DNA of 35,332 nt, from NCBI GenBank assembly GCA_964389675.1, contig CAYMEV010000008.1:107084-142415 (forward strand), in the 5' to 3' direction. Position numbers and translations under genes: made by a program. Every line of letters begins with the position of its first letter. The stretch's first letter is position 1. The notes under the pieces are model-generated. The model was not told the origin of the DNA, made no database searches, and worked only from the letters and a program-made list of their open reading frames with translations. Below are positions 18,395 through 26,412 of this stretch, piece by piece. The DNA is from an uncultured Candidatus Sumerlaeota bacterium (GTDB taxonomy: Bacteria; CAYMEV01).

Positions 18395-20278
18395 CTACAG
18401 TACCAGGAGAAACCTAGTTTTTCCATCAGCATCCTTTATTCTCTGAAGTTTTGCAAAGGATGCCGAGAGCTCCTCTATATCCTGGCTGTCAAAGTAGTCG
18501 TTAAATATATCCTCCAGCCTCTGCATTCTTTTATCAAGGACAGAAAGGTCCTTTTTTGTCTGCATATAGTCCTTGATAGCCTTTTCCAGCTGAAGCTGGC
18601 TTACAATACCGGACTGAGGCTGTCCGCTTATATGCATCAGCGGAGTAGGATATATAGCAGAGTTTGAATCATAGGCGCATGAACAGTTGACTTTGCTTGT
18701 GATATCCGGTATTTTTTTTCGGATCTTCGGACAGCTCATTGGATTTCCGGAGAATTTTGACTGCATGAGATATGAATCGTTGCAATTAATGCATGAGTGC
18801 AGGATGTAATTTACAATATTTGCTCCGTTTTTCAGGTGACCCAGGGTGTGCCTTATTACGAGCTGTTCTTCATTATTAAGCTCTCTGTAAGTAAGGGCAT
18901 TATTGTAGAGCTTCTCTATGACAGAGCATTTAGATAATATTGATTGAAACTCAATGTCAGAGTCAGGGTCAAAAACCTCAGCCGGCTGTGAAGGCATCTC
19001 AGTTTCTTTGCCTTCCTTGTGGGTATCTACTTCCCACGGAACATCATCCTCATTATCATGCGAATATGACTCAGCATAGGGACTGTTGCTTGCTATGGCA
19101 GCTTGAAGCATATCAATGTCTGCTCTTTTTATTCTGGTTAAGAACAATAGCTGATCATCATAATAGCTGTCATTGGAGGGGTCCATGAACAGGCATCTCT
19201 TCCCCGTCCTTCTGTGGATCCCCAGAGGTATTTTAATAAGGTTTCCGTAGTTTTTAGCTTTTACATAGCTCTGTTTGGGAAAAATCTCGATACCGAAAGC
19301 CTCATCTATACTAATTGATGATATCACTGCTTTGCAAAATTCCCTTGCAATCTTTGCTGGTACCGGGGAAGCAAGGAATATCCATACATGATAGCCCTTA
19401 TACCCGCTATCCTCAAGGTAGCATGGTATTTCAGAGGATGACAGCCTGTCAACTATGCCTTTTGCTACCTTAAGCCCCCTCTTCTGATATTGTTTTAATT
19501 TATCTTCATCAGAGATAATATTCTTCAAGAATACTTTTTTTATATCTATATCAAACGCTATAAATCTGACTGTATTATCCATCCTTAGCTGGTATATGCC
19601 AACAGTGTGATTTCCAAGAATATGGTTTTTTGCAACTATATGGGTAAACGGCTGAGATTCCTTTGAATACCCTGATTCACCAGTGGGACTTACCCACTGT
19701 TTTGCGTATACACCCTCTCTTCCGCTGAAGAGTTCAGCAAATGCTATTAAATAACTGTCATCAAGCCTCTCAAGGTGAAGATGATCTTTATCAACTGAAT
19801 TTTCAACGATCTCCTTCCCAGCAACAAGTTGAGCACCAACTATCAGACTGTCGTAGCTCTTTTTATTGAACTGTTCTTTTGCTTTTTTATATATCCTGCT
19901 TGCTTCCTCATACATATTATTATCCTTAAGGAGGCTTCCATAAAGCAGGTAGACCTTTTCCTGGTTTGGATCACGCTCTATGATAGCTTTATAATTCTTT
20001 ATCGCCTTTTTGACATTGCCGAAATCACTGTGCAATTCAGCAAGCTTATAATGAATATCGACAGGATCATCAGAACTGGAAAGAGCAAGGTTGAGCTCAG
20101 TTACCTGCTCCTTATAAAGACCTGCCTGGTCTAGCAGATCTGCAAGAGCTATGTGAAAATCCCTGTCCCTTATGCTTTTTGTGTCATACCTGCTGTAGAT
20201 CTCTGCTATAATTTCGATATTTTCTTCATCAAGGGCTTTCTGCACCTCTTCAATAAGAACACCGGTATTCTTATCCAT
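18395..20278 (-). CDS. CRISPR-associated primase-polymerase (CAPP; TPR + AEP Prim-Pol + Cys-rich PriCT-like domain)
   Basis: N-terminal TPRs; AEP motifs FDIDI, SGYKGYHVWIF, EIFPKQ and GNLIKIPLG; C-terminal Cys cluster (KC...MSCPKIR...CSC); located directly upstream of cas1. The start is placed at 20278 (MDKN) after a GGAGG RBS, whereas the track starts at 20305. Confidence 0.88.
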   Translation of the reverse strand: MDKNTGVLIEEVQKALDEENIEIIAEIYSRYDTKSIRDRDFHIALADLLDQAGLYKEQVTELNLALSSSDDPVDIHYKLAELHSDFGNVKKAIKNYKAIIERDPNQEKVYLLYGSLLKDNNMYEEASRIYKKAKEQFNKKSYDSLIVGAQLVAGKEIVENSVDKDHLHLERLDDSYLIAFAELFSGREGVYAKQWVSPTGESGYSKESQPFTHIVAKNHILGNHTVGIYQLRMDNTVRFIAFDIDIKKVFLKNIISDEDKLKQYQKRGLKVAKGIVDRLSSSEIPCYLEDSGYKGYHVWIFLASPVPAKIAREFCKAVISSISIDEAFGIEIFPKQSYVKAKNYGNLIKIPLGIHRRTGKRCLFMDPSNDSYYDDQLLFLTRIKRADIDMLQAAIASNSPYAESYSHDNEDDVPWEVDTHKEGKETEMPSQPAEVFDPDSDIEFQSILSKCSVIEKLYNNALTYRELNNEEQLVIRHTLGHLKNGANIVNYILHSCINCNDSYLMQSKFSGNPMSCPKIRKKIPDITSKVNCSCAYDSNSAIYPTPLMHISGQPQSGIVSQLQLEKAIKDYMQTKKDLSVLDKRMQRLEDIFNDYFDSQDIEELSASFAKLQRIKDADGKTRFLLVL

Positions 20279-20433
20279 TAAGATACCCCTCCTCCAATAA
20301 GACATCTTTGTACTAATAAATTATAATACCTTATATGCTGATAATCAAGTCAAAATATAAAATTTTCCTGAATTTTATTCCATAAAATCCGATTGATCAT
20401 ATAATGAAGAAAGTAATATAAAGGGAGGCTGAA

Positions 20434-20811
20434 TTGCCGGATATATCTCTACTATTCACACATGTTTTAACCGGTTCCCAGACCGGGGACACAGAAAAGA
20501 AATTAAATCCAGGCAGCTTCTATTATATGCCAAAAGAACTTATTGCAAGATTCAACACCATATATCCTAATATATCCTCTCTTAGCAGATATTTTAAACC
20601 ATTTAAGTATTTGATTAATATTGTCAGGAAAGTGGATTATTTGCTGATTAACGGGATTTATGGTTCTGTATATCTGATGGTGGATCTCTGTTTTTCCAGG
20701 GGCATTATACTGATTTGCAGCACATTGAAGCGGGTATCAAAAAAGTATGTAAAAATATCAGATGCCGAAATAAAGGAAATCTTCACACACATCATATTAA
20801 GGAGGCATTAA
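20434..20811 (+). CDS. csx20: Csx20-like CRISPR-associated protein (candidate cyclic oligoadenylate ring nuclease), divergent
   Basis: GGGAGG RBS and TTG start. The pattern LLFTHVLT..Q..D, P.EL...F..I.P, DYLLINGIYG.VYLMV, ST.KR.S and FTH..LR matches my recollection of the Csx20 consensus. Confidence 0.7.
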   Translation: MPDISLLFTHVLTGSQTGDTEKKLNPGSFYYMPKELIARFNTIYPNISSLSRYFKPFKYLINIVRKVDYLLINGIYGSVYLMVDLCFSRGIILICSTLKRVSKKYVKISDAEIKEIFTHIILRRH

Positions 20812-20812
20812 A

Positions 20813-21901
20813 ATGGGACAGATACTAGTAACCCTCCTGGGTGAGCAGACTATCCCCAATATACTCTTTATAAAGGAGATGCAGTCCCACAAGAAAATAG
20901 ACAGGTATATTTTCATATCCACGGAACAGATGAAAAAGAGGAACATTCTGCCCAGGATCATGGAATCAGCTCATCTTGAATCCAATGAATGCAGTGAAAT
21001 ACTTGTGAATGAATATTCTCTGTTTGATTTTAAGAAAAAATTGGATGAATGCCAGTTCGCAGATGAAGACAAATTCATTGTAAATATAACTGGCGGAACA
21101 AAGCTCATGGCAATAGGGGCTTATAATTATTTCAGCCATAAGGATTCAGAGATATTTTATGTCCAGATAAAGGGCAACACATACAGGAAAATCCATCCTG
21201 AAGTGAAAAAGAGAGAAAGTGACCTGGAGTACAGGATAAAGCTGAAAGACTACCTGTCTGCTTATGGCATCTCTATAAGGAAATACCAGGATAAGCCTAT
21301 ACTCTCCATAAAGAAAGCTGAACATATACTGCATAAAATGATAAACAAAGACTATAGCCAGATACTGCATTTCCTTAGAACAAAAAGAGAAAGCAGATCT
21401 GTACCCATAGATAGAGACCTGAGAGAATTTCTTGGTGAACTGGGCTTCGATAACCTGCATCAGGACATTGAAAAAGAATACACAAGGCTTCTTACCGGGG
21501 GATGGTTCGAAGAATATGTTTACTTGCTTCTGAAAGAAAAACTCATTCTTAATGAGGATGAAATAATGCTCTCAGTCGATCTTAAGATCAATAATGAAAT
21601 AGATGTACTGTTTGTGAGAAACAATTCAATATACCTGGTAGAATGCAAAACAGGACTCAAGGATGGCAAACGAAGCCTACTCAGTGACACAATATATAAG
21701 ATAAACTCAATATCAAAACAGTTCGGCCTGCGTGTAAGATCAATAATATTTACCATTGATCCCCTAATAAGGGATAAAAAAGGCAATATAAAATGTGATT
21801 ATAAGAAAAAAATGGAGATATTCAGTACAGATATAATAGACAGAGATATACTGCTTGATGAACAGAAACTTAATTATGAACTGAAAAGGATAATAAAATG
21901 A
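20813..21901 (+). CDS. card1: Card1/Can2-type CARF + PD-(D/E)xK nuclease (DUF1887 family)
   Basis: LLGEQTIPNIL and VNITGGTKLMAIGAY (CARF); GGWFEEYVY and NEIDV...VECKTG (restriction-endonuclease fold). Confidence 0.85.
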   Translation: MGQILVTLLGEQTIPNILFIKEMQSHKKIDRYIFISTEQMKKRNILPRIMESAHLESNECSEILVNEYSLFDFKKKLDECQFADEDKFIVNITGGTKLMAIGAYNYFSHKDSEIFYVQIKGNTYRKIHPEVKKRESDLEYRIKLKDYLSAYGISIRKYQDKPILSIKKAEHILHKMINKDYSQILHFLRTKRESRSVPIDRDLREFLGELGFDNLHQDIEKEYTRLLTGGWFEEYVYLLLKEKLILNEDEIMLSVDLKINNEIDVLFVRNNSIYLVECKTGLKDGKRSLLSDTIYKINSISKQFGLRVRSIIFTIDPLIRDKKGNIKCDYKKKMEIFSTDIIDRDILLDEQKLNYELKRIIK

Positions 21902-22686
21902 AAGAATTCCACATTGTATCAGTAGGAAACAGCCTTATTAAAAATTTCATTGATAATGACTCCAGCCCGACAACATCAATGGGAAACGGGATATGGAATA
22001 ATCTGATAAACGACAGTTCCTTTCTTGATAGAATGCAGAAATTTCTTGAAAAGGCTCCAATGCAATATTCTGCAGAAATAAACTCCCTTCTCCATTACTG
22101 CAAAAAAAAAGGAATAAAACCAATAGACATAGAGGTCTTCCCTGTTGCAACGACTACACCTTCAAATGAGATAGCTCTTTCAGCAATATGCAAATACTTT
22201 CATTCCATAGGCATATCTGTTTATAATCCCAGCCAGTTCTCTGGATATTTCGGGTGCCGGTCAGCTGAGGCATGTGAAAATTTCACAAAGGGAATGATAG
22301 AGATGCTTGATAAAATGGTCTATATAGTATCCTGCAAGAAAAAGGAAGGATACCATGTTTGCCTTAATGCAACGGGAGGTTTCAAGGCATATGTCATTAC
22401 ACTCGCACTTGTCGGCTTTATGACCCAATCGGAAGTCTACTATATGCATGAGGAATTCGATGATGTAATAGTATTCCCTTCTCTTTTCCACATACCTGAA
22501 AGCAGGGAAATGGAGCTTATACAAATTCTAAGCGCCAATGAACCTGATCACAACTATCTATTTAATAATTTCCCTGCTGAGATAAGCCTCTTATGTAAAT
22601 ACCACATATTAAAAATTTCAGAATATGATGGTGAGTCAAAAATAGAACTGACAAATATAGGCAAGTTTATTGCCAGAAACAGCTAG
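21898..22686 (+). CDS. APE2256-family CARF protein with short C-terminal wHTH-like region
   Basis: IVSVGNSL, SAEINSL, LNATGGFKA and YYMHEEF; the C-terminus ends in a wing-like ELTNIGK. Confidence 0.8.
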   Translation: MKEFHIVSVGNSLIKNFIDNDSSPTTSMGNGIWNNLINDSSFLDRMQKFLEKAPMQYSAEINSLLHYCKKKGIKPIDIEVFPVATTTPSNEIALSAICKYFHSIGISVYNPSQFSGYFGCRSAEACENFTKGMIEMLDKMVYIVSCKKKEGYHVCLNATGGFKAYVITLALVGFMTQSEVYYMHEEFDDVIVFPSLFHIPESREMELIQILSANEPDHNYLFNNFPAEISLLCKYHILKISEYDGESKIELTNIGKFIARNS

Positions 22687-24800
22687 AATGAACATTTTAA
22701 TATATCAATTATATCTGCTTCTGCTTTAAGAATAAGCTTCTTCTTCCCCTCCATAGGAAGGAATGCATTCCTGAAGCCATTTCTTATGATTGCGAGACAT
22801 TGCCATAAAGACAGACCGCCGGGGCTCATCCTGGCTGCCTTAATATATTCATTCGGCATATCAGTCCTGGATATGCCGGGGTTATCCGTATTTATTGTAA
22901 CCTGAACACCAGCCTTAAGAAGATCAGCAAGAGGATAGGCTCCAAGCTGATATGAATCCGGGTACCAGGAATCCTTGAATCCGATTACCTGATAATTGCT
23001 TGATGGACAAAGTTCAAGTGCTATCCTCTGGTTTATTACCTTGTTAAGAAGCTCCTTTTTTTCCAGCAGGGATAGGCCATGTCCTATCCTTTCTGCATTT
23101 AGGTAGTATATAGCTTCCCAGATATTTTCTGAACCTTTGTCCTCGCCTGCATGAATGGTAGTATGAATACATCTTCTATGAAGGCCCAGAAAAGCATACT
23201 GCAATTCAGCAGGCTGCCTGGCGCTTTCAGAACCGGCAAGGTCAAAACCGACAAAATTCCTGCAGAATTTTCCATTGGATAGAAGTTCATTATACAGTTC
23301 TATATGTCTGTAAATAAAGCTCATCTTTCCGTGTCTGCTTGCAATAAAAAGAAGCTTCACAATTACATCTTCCCTGTCGCAAAGCTCATCTAGCATTATT
23401 TCAACTACCTGCTTCCCGGTCAGCCCTCCTTTTGTATAGTTCTCAGGCGAGCATCTCACCTCAATATATTTTATATTGCACCTTCTGCAATGCTCTATTA
23501 GGTTTCTGCAGGCAAGCCTTATCATCTCTTCATTCTGAAAGAGCCCTGAACCTTGTATATCTCCAAACTTCTCATATTCTCTAATACCTATTCCACGGAA
23601 TAAATTATCATCTCTGCATTTTCCATATATAATCTCTTCAAGCATTTCCTCATTGTCCTTAAAACATGATAAAAATCCGGCCATAGCATAAGGGGGTTTT
23701 ATACCATCAAATCGTGAATTTATGGACTTTATATCGCTATTAATTAAATCCTTAATCATTTTGACATCCCGCCTTGATATCCCCTTCTCTATCTCTAAGA
23801 GCCATAGATCAAACCCTTTGACTTGTCCTCTTATGACTTTTACTTCATTTCTTAGTGTATCTGCATTCGATACTGCCCCTGCTACTGAAAGCACTCCTCC
23901 AAAATGACAATGCAGGTCTGTTTTTGGCAAGTTTGCAAAAAGCTGTCTGTCTCTAAGTTCATTTTCTCTATTCCCGATAATACAATCCTTAAGTTTTTCA
24001 AGAAAACTCGGCGGATATAGATAAAATTCATGAAAATTGCTGTATTTTTCAGGTGCCCTATGCTTATCCCTGTAATTCTTCTGCAGATTAAATGATTTCT
24101 TCTGCATCTGTTCTATCTCGTCGGCCAATTCTGTTGAATTAGCAGTAATGTTTACAGCATCAGAGGAAATTTTATATTTCCTCTTAAGGTTTTTCAGTTC
24201 CATCTCAATAATGGGTGAGATTTCTATCCTTCCTGATATGACAATAGGGTTTATAAGCTCTGCATACTCCTTTTTTAAAGGCCTTGCCATAATATCAGGA
24301 GTCATCCTTCTCAGATCGGCTGAAAGCTCACTGTAAACATCTACAACATGAAGAATGGCGGAGCACCCAAACAGAAAGCCTGCCTGCTGTATATCAGCAC
24401 TCATGGTCTTTCTTCCCCCTGCAAGGCTGATAAATACATTATCTTTCTCTGATGTAGCATTAAGTACCAGCTTGTATATCATATCCCTCATTACCTGGCA
24501 TTCCCTTGAGCTGTTTAGCTCACTGACCCCTGAGGTCTTCCAGATCTTTATCTTGAAATATTCTTTGAAATGCTCATGCCACTTATAAAGTTGCCCAAGG
24601 GCCTTCTCAATCTGGGCACTTTCAGTGGTAGCAAGCCATACCTCATCAATATCATTTATTTCATATTTTGTCCTTTCCTTCATTATCTTTTCATAATCAC
24701 TTCGATTATTGTATATATATATGCGGTCAGGATTGGTAAAGCCAAGCATCTCAGGTATTATCTGCCATGATGTGCCGAATGTGGATATAAGTATATTCAA
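22683..24800 (-). CDS. cad1: CARF-adenosine deaminase effector (Cad1/CAAD type)
   Basis: N-terminal NE0113-type CARF (STFGTSWQIIPE, SLAGGRKTMSA); deaminase motifs DLHCHFGG, GFDLAG.E, TIHAGE, RIGHG, ELCPSSN and NTDNP. Confidence 0.9.
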   Translation of the reverse strand: MNILISTFGTSWQIIPEMLGFTNPDRIYIYNNRSDYEKIMKERTKYEINDIDEVWLATTESAQIEKALGQLYKWHEHFKEYFKIKIWKTSGVSELNSSRECQVMRDMIYKLVLNATSEKDNVFISLAGGRKTMSADIQQAGFLFGCSAILHVVDVYSELSADLRRMTPDIMARPLKKEYAELINPIVISGRIEISPIIEMELKNLKRKYKISSDAVNITANSTELADEIEQMQKKSFNLQKNYRDKHRAPEKYSNFHEFYLYPPSFLEKLKDCIIGNRENELRDRQLFANLPKTDLHCHFGGVLSVAGAVSNADTLRNEVKVIRGQVKGFDLWLLEIEKGISRRDVKMIKDLINSDIKSINSRFDGIKPPYAMAGFLSCFKDNEEMLEEIIYGKCRDDNLFRGIGIREYEKFGDIQGSGLFQNEEMIRLACRNLIEHCRRCNIKYIEVRCSPENYTKGGLTGKQVVEIMLDELCDREDVIVKLLFIASRHGKMSFIYRHIELYNELLSNGKFCRNFVGFDLAGSESARQPAELQYAFLGLHRRCIHTTIHAGEDKGSENIWEAIYYLNAERIGHGLSLLEKKELLNKVINQRIALELCPSSNYQVIGFKDSWYPDSYQLGAYPLADLLKAGVQVTINTDNPGISRTDMPNEYIKAARMSPGGLSLWQCLAIIRNGFRNAFLPMEGKKKLILKAEADIIDILKCSF

Positions 24801-24891
24801 TGCAATTACCTCTTAAAATTATATAATCAGGATAATCTCTCTTCTAAATCAAGTCAATAAAACACGGCTGATAAAATTATCCAGATTCTAA

Positions 24892-25446
24892 TCATTCTTT
24901 ACAAATTATTCTCACATCATCAAACCAGGCCTGCCCTGTCCCGGACAGCATGCATAGTATTCTCATCAGGACAGTGCTGTCAGGCACCCTGATCTCAAAG
25001 CCTGTTTTTGTCCAGTCCGTATCACCGCTTACAGGGCTGTTATACTGAGTAGTTGCAAACCCTGCAAGATTACCCTCCTTATCGATGCACTGAAGGGCAA
25101 TTATAGCAATACCATCAACACCCCTGGCAGATATATAGCCATCAAGCCTTATCATCTTGCCTGCAGGTATATTATCCCTGATATCCTGCGCCCAGTTTGG
25201 GGGTCCGAACTCTTTCAGCCTGTCAGTCAGCTCTGATATCTTTATTGATGCTGAATATTTCCCGCTGTTGAATCTACTCCCATCAAGAGAGAAATCTACT
25301 TCAGGCTTGAACCAGCCTATATAGCTCCAGTCCAGAGGAAGATCCTTGCTGTTTTTTTCAAATCCCGGATTAATGACAGCAATCTCTGAAAAACCAGAAC
25401 TGTTGAATATAAATATTAGAATGAATAAAATAAAAATTCTTTTCAT
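24892..25446 (-). CDS. Secreted protein with CBM4/9-like (galactose-binding-fold) domain
   Basis: Signal peptide MKRIFILFILIFIF; NPGFE...W, SGKYS, GDTDW and GTGQAWFDDVRI. Confidence 0.7.
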   Translation of the reverse strand: MKRIFILFILIFIFNSSGFSEIAVINPGFEKNSKDLPLDWSYIGWFKPEVDFSLDGSRFNSGKYSASIKISELTDRLKEFGPPNWAQDIRDNIPAGKMIRLDGYISARGVDGIAIIALQCIDKEGNLAGFATTQYNSPVSGDTDWTKTGFEIRVPDSTVLMRILCMLSGTGQAWFDDVRIICKE

Positions 25447-25462
25447 ATTACCCTCCTTGATA

Positions 25463-26164
25463 TTAAAACATTAAGACCAGCTCATTATATTGTTTTAGTG
25501 CTTTTCTCCCTTTTTCAGTAATATCATAGATGCCCCTGCTCTTTCTAATAAACCATCCATATACATTATCATACAGTATTCTCTGTGTTTTTGCCTCATC
25601 AGAGCCTTTTTCCCTCAGTGCTTTTATTGATAAAGGCCCGTACTGATCCAGAAGCCAGGCAATATAGACTGCCTTTTGCCTGTATGCTGTAAGCAGTCTC
25701 CTTTTTACAGAACCTCCCTTATTAAGATCAGCTTTCCTTTCATCTGCCTCTTTAATTATCCTTTTTCTCTTTTTCTGCGAGAGCGATGCACTTCTGCTTC
25801 TGTCAAACGGCACTGCATCAATGATTATCTCGGCATATCCTCCTTTTCTGGCAAAGTTTACAAATATGAGTCCGATCTCAAGCCTCCGCAGTAAATGAAA
25901 GAGGTCTCTCCATCTTGAAGTATAGTAGCTGCCGGGCCTCAAGATCGCACAATATACCCTATCTGCTATCCTCTGCCTTTTTACAGCCTGCAGGATCAGC
26001 TGCAGATTCAATGTAAGCTTTAATTCCGCCACAATGAGAGAATCTTTATCCATGGCTGTAAGGTCACACCCCATTACCTCTGAATTGACCTTAAAGCCCT
26101 GATCCTGAAAAAGCTTCTTAACCGGCATATAAAGGTCAGTTTCTTTTATTGTATCCTTTTTCAA
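25463..26164 (-). CDS. DUF2161 family putative PD-(D/E)xK-type protein
   Basis: KETDLY.PVK..F...GF.V..EV..CD, ELK..LNL.LILQA..RQ, TAYRQ.A and NVYGWF.R..RGIY. Confidence 0.85.
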   Translation of the reverse strand: MKKDTIKETDLYMPVKKLFQDQGFKVNSEVMGCDLTAMDKDSLIVAELKLTLNLQLILQAVKRQRIADRVYCAILRPGSYYTSRWRDLFHLLRRLEIGLIFVNFARKGGYAEIIIDAVPFDRSRSASLSQKKRKRIIKEADERKADLNKGGSVKRRLLTAYRQKAVYIAWLLDQYGPLSIKALREKGSDEAKTQRILYDNVYGWFIRKSRGIYDITEKGRKALKQYNELVLMF

Positions 26165-26412
26165 AAAGAGATCTCTCTGTATTAGTATAAATCACATTAT
26201 ACACTAAGTGCTTAAAAATATAAAAGACTAAAAATGCATAAGCATGAATTTGTATTCTCTGATTAATTCTGAATTATGCTTTTTCATGCATTCTCTGTAT
26301 ACAGTTAATCCAAGCCCTAAATATAATATATAATGCATATTTTATTTATAACTACCGGATCGGCCATTTAAATGCTATAATAAGCATAAAGCTGAAAGAG
26401 AAGGTTGTATTT

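Noticed and set aside
17343-20278. Reverse transcriptase-Cas1 fusion as an explanation for the spacer bias
   Set aside because: There is no YADD-type RT motif; Cas1 is stand-alone and the upstream gene has AEP motifs.
26230-26295. Imperfect ATGCAT/AGCAT inverted repeats in the divergent DUF2161-cyclase intergenic region
   Set aside because: They are short, imperfect and AT-rich; I cannot distinguish them from chance.
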